DNA of 32,000 bases from Carboxylicivirga litoralis (lineage in GTDB: Bacteria; Bacteroidota; Bacteroidia; Bacteroidales; Marinilabiliaceae). Positions 1-8,277 of this stretch are shown here, piece after piece. The first letter of the stretch is position 1. Each line of letters starts with the position of its first letter. The stretch lies in the NCBI RefSeq assembly GCF_025499605.1, contig NZ_JAFMVC010000016.1, positions 48,976-80,975 of the forward strand. Direction: 5' to 3'. Below the pieces are notes generated by a model that saw nothing but the letters and a program-made list of their open reading frames with translations, was not told where the DNA came from and ran no database searches. A program made the position numbers and the translations under genes.

Positions 1-2280
1 GTCATGGTCAGCTTTAACCGAATTGATGCGAATGCAGGAAGCGATAAAGACTTATGTACCGATGAAATTCAACTGGAAGGTAATACTGCTAATCCGGGCA
101 CAGGAACCTGGAGCGTTGTAGGAGGTACCAGCCAGGCGATATTTGAAGATGTTAATAATCCGAATTCGAAGGTGTCGAGCCTTGCCAAAGGTGTTAATGT
201 TCTTCGATGGACCATTAATTACCGTGGTTGTGAAACCAAGTCGGAAGTTAAGATGACCAATAATTCACCAAGTGCAGCTTATGCTGGAAACTTACAGGAA
301 TTATGTGTCGATAATACCTTCTTAGATGCTACCATGCCTTCACCTGGTGTTGGCTCCTGGGAAGTATTGATGGGTTCTGGTTCGATTATCAATCCGAACG
401 ATCCAAAAACAGAAGTGACTAGTTTGTCGAAAGGTGATAATGTCTTCCGCTGGGTAGTGACAAATGGTATTTGTACATCGACTGATGAAGTACGAATTGT
501 GAATAACGAACCGTCTATTCCGTATGCCGGTATAGATGAGGAATCGTGTAATACCTTTATTAAGCTGAAGGCTGAAGCACCATTATTTGGTAATGGGTTA
601 TGGACCATTGAAAAAGGAGCTGGTAATTTTGATGATCCAACAAGTCCAACGGCAACAATTACTAATTTGAATCCAGGCGATAACCTGCTTAAGTGGACGA
701 TTACACAAGGGCAATGTGAGTTGAGCCATTCTATAACTATTACCAATAACGCCGCCGATGTGGCCCAGGCTGGTCCAGATATTCAGGACTGTAACGACTG
801 GTCGCAGCTCGATGCTAATATTCCTCAAGCAGGATTAGGAACAGGTGAGTGGTCGCTTGTTTCGGGTAAAGGTGATTTTGATGACTTAACAAGTGCCAAA
901 ACAACGATTCGTAATCTTGGGTTTGGTGAGAACGTACTGATGTGGACAATTACCAATGGTTCATGTTTCTCATCTGACCAGGTCACTATTTTCAATAAAA
1001 TACCGGATCAGTCGGCAGCGGGTGATGACCGTACAACATGCGAAGATTATATTGTTCTCAATGCCAATAACCCGATTGATGGTTCAGGAACTTGGACTGT
1101 TGTGAGCGGTACTGGAGTATTTGAAAATCAGCATCAGCATAATACCATGGTAACCGATGTTGGATATGGTGAGAATATTTATAAATGGACCATTGCTTAC
1201 GGTGATTGTACAACTGAAGATGTTGTTATTGTTGTAAGTAATAAGGCGAATCCTTACGCAGGTGAAGATGATGTGACCTATGAGCCTGATTATGCCATGC
1301 AAGCTCAAAATCCGGGAGCATTAAACGGTGTTTGGACAGTTGTAGCCGGTGGAGGAACATTTGATGATCCAAACTTCTTCAATACAACTGTGCGTAATCT
1401 GCCTTCAGGTAAGAGTACGTTCCGCTGGACGATTACTACTGATGGTTGTGAAGCCTACGATGAAGTAACCATTGAATATAAGGAAGTACCAGATGCCGGC
1501 TTTACAGTAAGCGATGAAGCAGGCTGTTTCCCACTTGAAATCAAGTTCACGAACTACTCTGTGGGTGGTGATGGTTATGCCTGGGATTTTGGTGATGGAG
1601 GCACATCTGGTGAACGCAGTCCTGTCTATACCTATCAAACACCAGGAACATACACTGCCGTATTAACAGTGGCTGGTCCTGATGGTAATGACGCAGTATT
1701 CACACAACGCATTTCTGTGTATGATCATCCGGTGGCTGATTTTAATGTTGGACCAGAGACGGTTTATCTGCCACAAGAGGAAATCAGGTGTTACGATATG
1801 TCTGTTGATGCGGTGAGTTGGTTCTGGGAGTTTGGCGATGGGCAAATATCGGAAGAACAAAATCCATCGTACACATACAGTAAAGAAGGAATCTATTCGA
1901 TTACCTTAACCGTAACAAACCAGTATGGCTGTGAGAATTCATTCACCAAAGAAGATGCAATAGAAGCCATCAACAGTGGTTACATTGAATTCCCGAATGC
2001 CTTTAGACCTCGACCTGGAGGTGCAGGTAATTCAGGTACCATTGGAGAGCGTAAGGATGCCATCTTCAAATCGAAAAACAAAGATGTTGAAGAATTCCAT
2101 ATTCAGATATTTAACCGTTGGGGACAGCTTATTTATGAATCCAATGATGTGACTGAAGGATGGGATGGAACCTACAAAGGACAACTAGTACCTCAGGCGG
2201 TATATGTTTATAAAGCCTTTGTTCGATTTACAAACGGAAGGGAATTTAACAAAGCCGGAAGTGTTTTATTAGTGAGATAA
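1..2280 (+). CDS. Large cell-surface repeat protein/adhesin, T9SS cargo with type-B (gliding-motility-associated, CHU_C-like) C-terminal sorting domain. 5'-truncated by the window edge.
   Basis: The reading frame is open to nt 1. The first residues (VMVSFNRIDANAG) match the end of the internal repeat consensus (V.I.N......AG), so the gene continues upstream. There are six tandem ~81-aa modules (aa 11-498) with a conserved pattern: AG.D...C ... G.W.vv.G.G.F.d ... v..L..G.N...W.i..g.C...D.V.I. Two PKD-like domains follow, with WDFGDG (aa 527-532) and WEFGDG (aa 608-613). The C-terminus (aa ~659-758: IEFPNAFRP...FNRWGQLIYES...GWDGTYKG...VYVYK...GSVLLVR) is typical of the type-B T9SS sorting domain. 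Confidence 0.85.
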   Translation, partial: VMVSFNRIDANAGSDKDLCTDEIQLEGNTANPGTGTWSVVGGTSQAIFEDVNNPNSKVSSLAKGVNVLRWTINYRGCETKSEVKMTNNSPSAAYAGNLQELCVDNTFLDATMPSPGVGSWEVLMGSGSIINPNDPKTEVTSLSKGDNVFRWVVTNGICTSTDEVRIVNNEPSIPYAGIDEESCNTFIKLKAEAPLFGNGLWTIEKGAGNFDDPTSPTATITNLNPGDNLLKWTITQGQCELSHSITITNNAADVAQAGPDIQDCNDWSQLDANIPQAGLGTGEWSLVSGKGDFDDLTSAKTTIRNLGFGENVLMWTITNGSCFSSDQVTIFNKIPDQSAAGDDRTTCEDYIVLNANNPIDGSGTWTVVSGTGVFENQHQHNTMVTDVGYGENIYKWTIAYGDCTTEDVVIVVSNKANPYAGEDDVTYEPDYAMQAQNPGALNGVWTVVAGGGTFDDPNFFNTTVRNLPSGKSTFRWTITTDGCEAYDEVTIEYKEVPDAGFTVSDEAGCFPLEIKFTNYSVGGDGYAWDFGDGGTSGERSPVYTYQTPGTYTAVLTVAGPDGNDAVFTQRISVYDHPVADFNVGPETVYLPQEEIRCYDMSVDAVSWFWEFGDGQISEEQNPSYTYSKEGIYSITLTVTNQYGCENSFTKEDAIEAINSGYIEFPNAFRPRPGGAGNSGTIGERKDAIFKSKNKDVEEFHIQIFNRWGQLIYESNDVTEGWDGTYKGQLVPQAVYVYKAFVRFTNGREFNKAGSVLLVR

Positions 2281-3371
2281 TGACGAAAATAGATATAACC
2301 CATAAACTACACGAAAAAGGACATTTGCTGCTTGTTAGCATGATGATAGCGTATTGTATGGTATCCTTTCAAGCACAAGCGCAAGATGTTTCTTTTTCAC
2401 AGATGTATGCCACGCCCATGTACCTGAGTCCGTCGTTTACCGGTTTAACGCAGGGTACCCGAATGGGCTTAACCTATCGAGACCAATGGCCAGGAATTGC
2501 CAACACTTATCGATCTTACGCGCTGTCAGTCGACCATTTTTTCGATGAATACAGTAGTGGTTTAGGCTTGTTGGTATTACGTGATGATAATGGAGGTGGT
2601 TTGTTGGTAAGACAGGACATTAGTGCACTGTACTCATATGAGCTGGAGGTATTCCGTGAAATCTATGTTCGTCCGGGGATAGAATTTTCTTACAAGGAAC
2701 GTAATCTGAACTTAATTGATGCGGTATTCCCATCAGATCAGGGAGCTGATGGAGACATCATTTCAAGTGGTTTGAATGCTGGTGAAGAGTATAATCACAA
2801 GCATTTTGATGCAGCGGCATCAGCTATGATTTATAGCGATGAATTTTGGTTTGGTTTTGCATTTCATAACTTGGTTAAGAACGATATAGCGACAACAGAT
2901 ATTGAAACATTCAATGCTTTTAAAACTTCGGTATATGGTGGATATAAATACCGCTATAAAGACAAGATGCGAAGAAATGATGAGCAGAGCTTGACACTGG
3001 CTTTTAATTACCGAATGCAGGCTAAATTTAGCCAGCTCGATGTTGGAACCTATTGGTATATTAACCCGATGGAGATTGGCTTGTGGTATCGGGGTATTCC
3101 ATTTGCTTCGGCGGGAGGCCTTGAAAACCACGACGGACTTATCTTTATCCTCGGGCTAAACATAGGTAGTGCACGTTTGGGCTATAGCTATGACTGGACT
3201 TTATCGGAGCTTTCGGGGTATAGCAATGGAGCCAATGAGCTGACTTTAACCTGGCGTTTCAATCAAAATACTAAACGGGTGAAAAACAGAGGAGCCATTC
3301 CATGCAGTGCACCGGGTATAAATGGTGGCTCTGGTTCAAAATACCGTCGTCGTTCGCGTTCGTTTTTCTAA
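2280..3371 (+). CDS. PorP/SprF-family type IX secretion system membrane (outer-membrane beta-barrel) protein
   Basis: Signal-like N-terminus ending AQAQ, then DVSFSQMYATPMYLSPSFTGL, which resembles the family-typical start (Q..FSQY...P...NPA.aG). The length (363 aa) and alternating beta-strand-like sequence fit. The ATG (2280-2282) overlaps the upstream TAA (2278-2280) by 1 nt. Placement directly after a type-B CTD cargo gene mirrors the sprB/sprF-type pairing. Confidence 0.8.
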   Translation: MTKIDITHKLHEKGHLLLVSMMIAYCMVSFQAQAQDVSFSQMYATPMYLSPSFTGLTQGTRMGLTYRDQWPGIANTYRSYALSVDHFFDEYSSGLGLLVLRDDNGGGLLVRQDISALYSYELEVFREIYVRPGIEFSYKERNLNLIDAVFPSDQGADGDIISSGLNAGEEYNHKHFDAAASAMIYSDEFWFGFAFHNLVKNDIATTDIETFNAFKTSVYGGYKYRYKDKMRRNDEQSLTLAFNYRMQAKFSQLDVGTYWYINPMEIGLWYRGIPFASAGGLENHDGLIFILGLNIGSARLGYSYDWTLSELSGYSNGANELTLTWRFNQNTKRVKNRGAIPCSAPGINGGSGSKYRRRSRSFF

Positions 3372-3493
3372 TGTTAATGGATATTAACTCTTTAAGGTTA
3401 ATGACGGGAATTAAGTAAAGCTTTGCTTGAATTGAAGGGCTAACAGAATGGTAAAAAAAATGAGCAAATATTTTTATATGAGTGGTAATAACT

Positions 3494-3501
3494 TATATTT
3501 G
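3494..3501 (+). promoter_or_regulatory. Candidate Bacteroidota sigma-A -7 box (TAtaTTTG)
   Basis: Exact match to TAnnTTTG, 42 nt upstream of the ATG at 3543. No clear -33 TTTG partner was seen. Confidence 0.3.
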
Positions 3502-3542
3502 TTCTCCGTAAAATTAAAAGGTTAAATTTCACTAGGGAGAGT

Positions 3543-4139
3543 ATGAAACAATTATCAACAGTGTTGAATGGCGTATTATTAGTTGCTGTTAATATATTAT
3601 TTTTATCAAGTTGTACTAACACAGGAAATCAACAAGCCAGTGTAGCAAACAATGCTCAGGCCGATGCGGTTTTCCCTGTTGCATACATTAATACCGATTC
3701 GCTATTATTAAATTACACTTTTGCTAAAGAAGTTAATGAGCAGTTGATGGGGCAGGAAGAAGCTTCAAGAGCTGACTTCAACGAAAAAGCGAAGGTTTTC
3801 CAACAGGATGCTGTTGAGTTTCAGCGTAAAGTTCAGAACAATGGTTTTTTAAGCATGGAGCGTGCTCAAAAAGAGCAGCAACGTTTAGCTAAAGCAGAGC
3901 AGGATTTAGCACAGTTAAACCAGCAGTTGACCAATGCTTTAATGCAAGAACAAGACAAGTTAAACCGTCAGTTGCGCGATACTTTAATGAACTTTTTGGA
4001 TGAGTATGCAAAAGCACATCCTTATAAGATTATTTTAAGCAACACGCTTGGAGATAATGTGTTGTATGCTGCTGAAGGAGTAGATATTACAGCTGAAGTT
4101 ACAGAGGCGTTAAATGCCCGTCATGCAGCTTCAAAATAA
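3543..4139 (+). CDS. OmpH/Skp-family periplasmic chaperone-like lipoprotein
   Basis: 198 aa with a signal peptide and lipobox-like LFLSSC. The central region is long, Q/E/K/A-rich and coiled-coil-like (QKEQQRLAKAEQDLAQLNQQL...). The N-terminal 'VAYINTDSLLLNY' and C-terminal 'YKIILSN...VLYAAEGVDIT' blocks are typical of the OmpH family. Confidence 0.8.
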   Translation: MKQLSTVLNGVLLVAVNILFLSSCTNTGNQQASVANNAQADAVFPVAYINTDSLLLNYTFAKEVNEQLMGQEEASRADFNEKAKVFQQDAVEFQRKVQNNGFLSMERAQKEQQRLAKAEQDLAQLNQQLTNALMQEQDKLNRQLRDTLMNFLDEYAKAHPYKIILSNTLGDNVLYAAEGVDITAEVTEALNARHAASK

Positions 4140-4163
4140 TAAAGAATAAACGCATTAAAAGAG

Positions 4164-4194
4164 GGCAGAGGTCAACAGACTTCTGCCTTTTTTA
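4164..4194 (+). terminator. Rho-independent terminator after the OmpH-like gene
   Basis: GGCAGAGGTC (4164-4173) pairs with GACTTCTGCC (4178-4187), giving 10 bp with one G-U. The loop is AACA and a T6 run follows. Confidence 0.7.
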
Positions 4195-4200
4195 GTTTCT

Positions 4201-5448
4201 ATGGATAAGTTATTTACAAAATATTTTAAGAAGCATCCACAGCATCATTCTTTATATAAAGAGAGTGACATAAAGGTGGTGGTACCTGTTTATCTTGAAG
4301 AAGATGACTTATTTGATATGCTAAAAAGCCTGAAAGAAGCCAGTCGGCAAACAAGTGATACGATAGAAGTTATTTTGGTTTTTAATTATGCCGAAACGGC
4401 TACTGAAGACATCATTAAAAGGCAAATGGCCCTTTGGGAATTAACAGAACAACGACTTGCTGTGCTGCAAACCCCTAATTTTGAAATAACGCTCCTTAAA
4501 GACTTTAATGTTGCCCGAAAACATGCTGGTGTTGGTCATGCGCGTAAGGCTGGGATGGACTATGCGGCCTTTTCATTTTCTAAAGTGAATAATATAAAGG
4601 GTATCATCACATCGATAGATGCTGATTGTGTTGTTGAAGAGAACTATTTTTCGGCCATCACTTCTTATTTTAAACGCGATAATGTTGAAGGTTGTAATAT
4701 TTATTTTGAGCATCCCTTAGAAGGTGAATTCTCAGATGCCATTTATACAGCTATCGCAGAATATGAATTGCATTTACGGTATTATGCTCAGGCTTTGCGA
4801 TTTGCTAATTTCCCCTTTGCTTTTCACACGGTAGGTTCGTGTTTTGCAGTGAGTGCTGAAGCGTATTTAAAAGCAGGAGGTATGCCTCGCAAACAAGCCG
4901 GTGAGGATTTTTATTTCCTCCAAAAGGTGATTCCGGGTGGAAAGTTTGTAGAAATTAATGAAACGACCGTCAAGCCATCGTCACGGCCATCGGATAGAGT
5001 ACCATTTGGTACAGGGCCGTCGATAAATGCTTTGGTTAGCGACGGCGGTGAATACCAGACCTACAATCTGCAGGCATTTGTCGATTTAAGAGCCTTTTTT
5101 GAAGTTAAAGACCAGCTGTATTGTGTCACTGAATCTGAAATAGAAGATTTTACGCATCAACTGAGTGGACGGATGAGAAGTTACCTGGTGAACTCTGACT
5201 TTTTTATTGCGCTAAAACCCATCAAAGATAATTGCAGCTCATTAGAGGTCTTTAAACGCCGTTTTTTTGAAGTTTTTAATGCTTTTCGTGTTGTTAAGTA
5301 TCTCAACTATGTACATGCTCATTTCCTTGAAAAAACACCCGTTTTTGATGCATCTGTTCACTTGTATGAATTACAATACAATGAGACGCTTGATGTTTTT
5401 GAAACCAAAGAGCTCTTAGATATTTACCGTAAGCTTGAAAAAGCCTGA
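4201..5448 (+). CDS. Glycosyltransferase, family-2-like
   Basis: The N-terminal 'KVVVPVYLEEDDL' resembles the GT2 'vsvviPvYNee' start. A DxD-like 'SIDADC' and a later 'GEDFYF' are present. 415 aa. Family assignment is from motif memory only. Confidence 0.6.
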   Translation: MDKLFTKYFKKHPQHHSLYKESDIKVVVPVYLEEDDLFDMLKSLKEASRQTSDTIEVILVFNYAETATEDIIKRQMALWELTEQRLAVLQTPNFEITLLKDFNVARKHAGVGHARKAGMDYAAFSFSKVNNIKGIITSIDADCVVEENYFSAITSYFKRDNVEGCNIYFEHPLEGEFSDAIYTAIAEYELHLRYYAQALRFANFPFAFHTVGSCFAVSAEAYLKAGGMPRKQAGEDFYFLQKVIPGGKFVEINETTVKPSSRPSDRVPFGTGPSINALVSDGGEYQTYNLQAFVDLRAFFEVKDQLYCVTESEIEDFTHQLSGRMRSYLVNSDFFIALKPIKDNCSSLEVFKRRFFEVFNAFRVVKYLNYVHAHFLEKTPVFDASVHLYELQYNETLDVFETKELLDIYRKLEKA

Positions 5449-5457
5449 TAGAATCTT

Positions 5458-5781
5458 TTATCTCTTAATACGACGAAAGCTGGCGTAGGTATCTAAAATG
5501 GCAGTCAGCACAAGGAAGATAACCCAGTATCTACGATAGGTAATCATAGCCCAGGTTGCAGGTAACAGCATTAATGAACTATAAAGTAAGATAGTGTGCA
5601 CACGCTTGTTCATTGGTTTTCCAAATAGCATGTTGTAAAGTCGGATGCCAATCATAATAAGCGAACCACCCCCAAAAACATAGGCACCATATTCTAATTC
5701 GCTCATGTGCATCAAAACACCAATAAACACCATCGCCATGCCAATGTAATAAGTAATACTTAGTACTTTATATATATTCAT
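5458..5781 (-). CDS. Small integral membrane protein (about 4 predicted TM segments), function unknown
   Basis: 107-aa ORF, almost entirely hydrophobic helices separated by short loops, with a basic C-terminus (SFRRIKR). No family recognised. Confidence 0.55.
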   Translation of the reverse strand: MNIYKVLSITYYIGMAMVFIGVLMHMSELEYGAYVFGGGSLIMIGIRLYNMLFGKPMNKRVHTILLYSSLMLLPATWAMITYRRYWVIFLVLTAILDTYASFRRIKR

Positions 5782-5892
5782 TTCTTAGTTATTAGTCAGT
5801 AGAAAGTAGTTAGTAGTTTGGGGTTTCCTGTTTTGAGTTTTCTGTTAAGAGTTACTCACATTATCAATCGTACATTAAACATCTCACATCCC

Positions 5893-6243
5893 CTATTCTT
5901 CTTCGACCACAAAGATCACTTCGTCTTTCTTTTTCATCAGGTATTCTTCGCGGGCAAACTTTTCTAAATTATCGAGGTTACTTTGCAATTCCTCCATCTT
6001 GCGGTTGTTTTGCTCAATCTCGTCAATGTAATGTTGTTTTTGCTTTTCGAGCTGTGAAATCCGTTTTGCTAAACGATAGCGATCGATAAGGCTGTTTTGG
6101 TCAAAAACCGTTATCCACACAATGAAAGCTAGTGTTGCCAAAAAGAACTTATTGCTAATAAGTGGTTTAATGTATTTTTTGAAGCTGGTAAGACTCATTT
6201 TACCTTGTTGTTTCTGCAAATGTAATGATTTAAGCAACATCAA
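5893..6243 (-). CDS. Septum formation initiator (FtsB/DivIC-like) protein
   Basis: A single TM (FFLATLAFIVWITVF) is followed by a coiled coil (RISQLEKQKQHYIDEIEQNNRKMEELQSNLDNLEKFAREEYLMKKKDE), the typical architecture of the DivIC/FtsB family. The true start may be the internal ATG at 6198 (MSLTSFKKYIKP...). Confidence 0.65.
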   Translation of the reverse strand: MMLLKSLHLQKQQGKMSLTSFKKYIKPLISNKFFLATLAFIVWITVFDQNSLIDRYRLAKRISQLEKQKQHYIDEIEQNNRKMEELQSNLDNLEKFAREEYLMKKKDEVIFVVEEE

Positions 6244-6331
6244 ATAAAGCTTGATCGTGATTTATTCAATAGAGTGGGCAATAAAGAACTGCCTGTCAGC
6301 CTATAATATTGTGCCAGCAGGCTAGTGTTGC

Positions 6332-7906
6332 TTATTTTAAATCAATCCACACCTTGGTTTTAGTGCGGTTCTTTTTAAGTATTTGTGTTTTTATCTGCAC
6401 CTTTTGAAAGTCAATTTTTGATGAACTTAAGGTTGATGCATCAAAGAAGAGGAATTGGGAGGTTTTCCCTGTAAAAAGCTCCGGGTAGTATTGTTTCAAT
6501 TCTGTTGAGTTTAATGTTTGCTCCAGCTCTTCTGGCGAGCCGGTTCCAAGCAGCCATGTGTTGCGACGCGTATTAAGGTAAAGTGGTTTTTTACTCTCTA
6601 TTTTCTTGGGTTGAAAGGCATAGACGTGATCCGATACTTTGCGAATAAGTTCCAAATCGTATTGTAATATATTTAGCAATGCATCACTTTTTTGCTTGTT
6701 TGGCATTGTAATGGCGGCTTTAAAGTCGGGCATGTCTTGCCCATTAAAGCAGCTGTCGGTTATGGCTACAAAACCATTTCCCAGATTCTTTGCCACTTCA
6801 TCATCAAAAGCCAGCAGTGCTAGGCGGGCTATCGCGCGCTCTTCGCGGTTAAATTCTTTATAATCAAGATAGTTGACCAGGTTGTTTTTGAACGAAGCCA
6901 GGTTAGCATTGTAAATGTATAGCGCTTTAGCGTTGGCTGGCAGGTATTGGGCCGTATGCTTGTCGATTGGCAGATTGATAGGCACTTGCGACGTTTTATT
7001 AACTGCTATGCTACTTGCGGCAATGTGATGCTCATCGGACGTTAGCTTAACCCATACTTCTTCATAATGCTGCATAATACCCGTACTGAGTGTTGAATGC
7101 TCATAAAGCTCCGGGATTTCGTTGCCAAGCACATTATAAACATGATAGGGTATTGCACCAGCATATACAGGATTCAGATAAAGGAGTGCCCCACAATCAT
7201 CCGTATCTTCATTAAATACTTTACTAAAATCAACTTCGTGTTTAACGGGCCGGTTGCTGCCATTTATTTCTGCTTCAAGAAGTGTTCTAAAACTCAAGGC
7301 GGAGTTAACTGAATCCAGTCTGTCCAGTGAATCCAGCTTAAAAGCCATATTGTCATAACCCATGTTGTTCTCATAATAGTCGGCCGAATGTAATAATTCT
7401 ATCAGACGATTGTATTCTTTTTTTAGCTCACCGTCAATGGGTTCAACCTGGGCGTATATCTTAAGTTCAAAATGCTCCTTGTTAAGCCAGAAGATGCCCT
7501 TGCGGTATTTGCCACCATTAATAATGGCATAAGTCGGATTTAATTCTTCAATGGTCAGATTGTTCTTTTTTAAAATTTCATCGACCTGATTTAGTGGGAA
7601 TTGTTTAATGCCTTTGAACTTCATTGTATAATGGTTGAACGGCCCATTTTTATGTCCGTAGAGGCATATCTCCCTGGAGGATTGGATGAGTTCATTTTTA
7701 ATATTATACGCAAATTCACTTAATATTTCTGAGAATAATTCTGACGAAAACTTGTCTTTGTTAAAGTAAGTCAAGAACATCAGGCTGTCTTTTGAGACGT
7801 TCTCATACAGCTTATTAGTGTCTGATTGTGCCCGCAGAGGCACAGCGCAGCTGCTCGCTAATAGCATGCACGTCAGTAGTTTTAATGTGTTTTGTTTAAG
7901 ATTCAT
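6332..7906 (-). CDS. Hypothetical secreted protein or lipoprotein, 524 aa, no family recognised
   Basis: Long uninterrupted ORF. The N-terminus MNLKQNTLKLLTCMLLASSCAVPLRAQ has a signal peptide with a possible lipobox Cys. No catalytic or repeat motif was recognised by eye. Confidence 0.75.
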   Translation of the reverse strand: MNLKQNTLKLLTCMLLASSCAVPLRAQSDTNKLYENVSKDSLMFLTYFNKDKFSSELFSEILSEFAYNIKNELIQSSREICLYGHKNGPFNHYTMKFKGIKQFPLNQVDEILKKNNLTIEELNPTYAIINGGKYRKGIFWLNKEHFELKIYAQVEPIDGELKKEYNRLIELLHSADYYENNMGYDNMAFKLDSLDRLDSVNSALSFRTLLEAEINGSNRPVKHEVDFSKVFNEDTDDCGALLYLNPVYAGAIPYHVYNVLGNEIPELYEHSTLSTGIMQHYEEVWVKLTSDEHHIAASSIAVNKTSQVPINLPIDKHTAQYLPANAKALYIYNANLASFKNNLVNYLDYKEFNREERAIARLALLAFDDEVAKNLGNGFVAITDSCFNGQDMPDFKAAITMPNKQKSDALLNILQYDLELIRKVSDHVYAFQPKKIESKKPLYLNTRRNTWLLGTGSPEELEQTLNSTELKQYYPELFTGKTSQFLFFDASTLSSSKIDFQKVQIKTQILKKNRTKTKVWIDLK

Positions 7907-8247
7907 AATTTATTTTTGGTATTAGAGAAAAATCGGAATATGTGGTGATGAATGCTTGAAAGCATTAACTAAATGCGATTGAGTAATCGATAATTATTTA
8001 TCGAAATCAGTAAATTTCATTCTTTTATGATAATAATAAGGCGCCGGCAAAACTATCACTTTTTATTATAAAACAACCGCAAAAGAAGGTTGGTATTTAT
8101 AACTTTTATATTCACAAGGCCTCAGGGGAGAATGTTTGATGAACTGTGTTTATAAGGTTAAGTTTGATTTGAACTGCTTTTTTGATACTTGATGTCCGAA
8201 AATGTATCACTCATACACTATTCTTATTCGTTTTGATTGTATGCTAG

Positions 8248-8255
8248 TATGTTTG
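8248..8255 (+). promoter_or_regulatory. Candidate -7 box (TAtgTTTG) for the kinase-family gene
   Basis: Exact TAnnTTTG, 22 nt upstream of the ATG at 8278. That spacing would give a very short leader. The nearest upstream TTTG (8232-8235) is too close for a canonical -33. Confidence 0.25.
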
Positions 8256-8277
8256 TATGGTACTAACAACTTAACCA

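Noticed and set aside
279-746. 155-aa minus-strand ORF and neighbours (598-828, 1084-1308, 1405-1638, 1663-1860) inside the adhesin gene
   Set aside because: These are antisense shadow ORFs. The plus-strand frame carries clear repeat, PKD and CTD domain structure.
2354-2548. 64-aa plus-strand ORF overlapping the PorP/SprF gene in another frame, and ORF 15412-15666 inside nqrC
   Set aside because: Both are out of frame within well-supported genes, and neither has a signal or motif.
3543-4139. The idea that the OmpH/Skp-like gene belongs to the adjacent T9SS cargo/PorP module
   Set aside because: It is separated by 171 nt containing a good -7 box, and it has its own terminator. OmpH-family chaperones are general housekeeping genes, so there is no sequence evidence for a functional link.
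5787-5800. 14-nt exact match: AGTTATTAGTCAGT at 5787-5800 equals the reverse complement of 14037-14050. Both lie just upstream, in sense orientation, of a start codon and sit within AGT/ACT-rich spacers.
   Set aside because: With ~32 kb compared on both strands, a few exact 14-mers are expected by chance (about 1e9 position pairs times 4^-14, higher in AT-rich DNA). The flanks are low-complexity. This is not enough to call a repeat family without a genome-wide count.
7947-7962. Small hairpin AATGCT-TGAA-AGCATT and nearby short palindromes (CGATT/AATCG, GGCGCCGGC) in the 371-bp divergent intergenic region
   Set aside because: The stems are only 5-6 bp in AT-rich DNA, within chance expectation, and I have no positional argument for function. 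A CAAAACTA (minus-strand TAgtTTTG) at 8046-8053 is a possible promoter for the 524-aa gene, but it lies 140 nt from the ATG and is unsupported.
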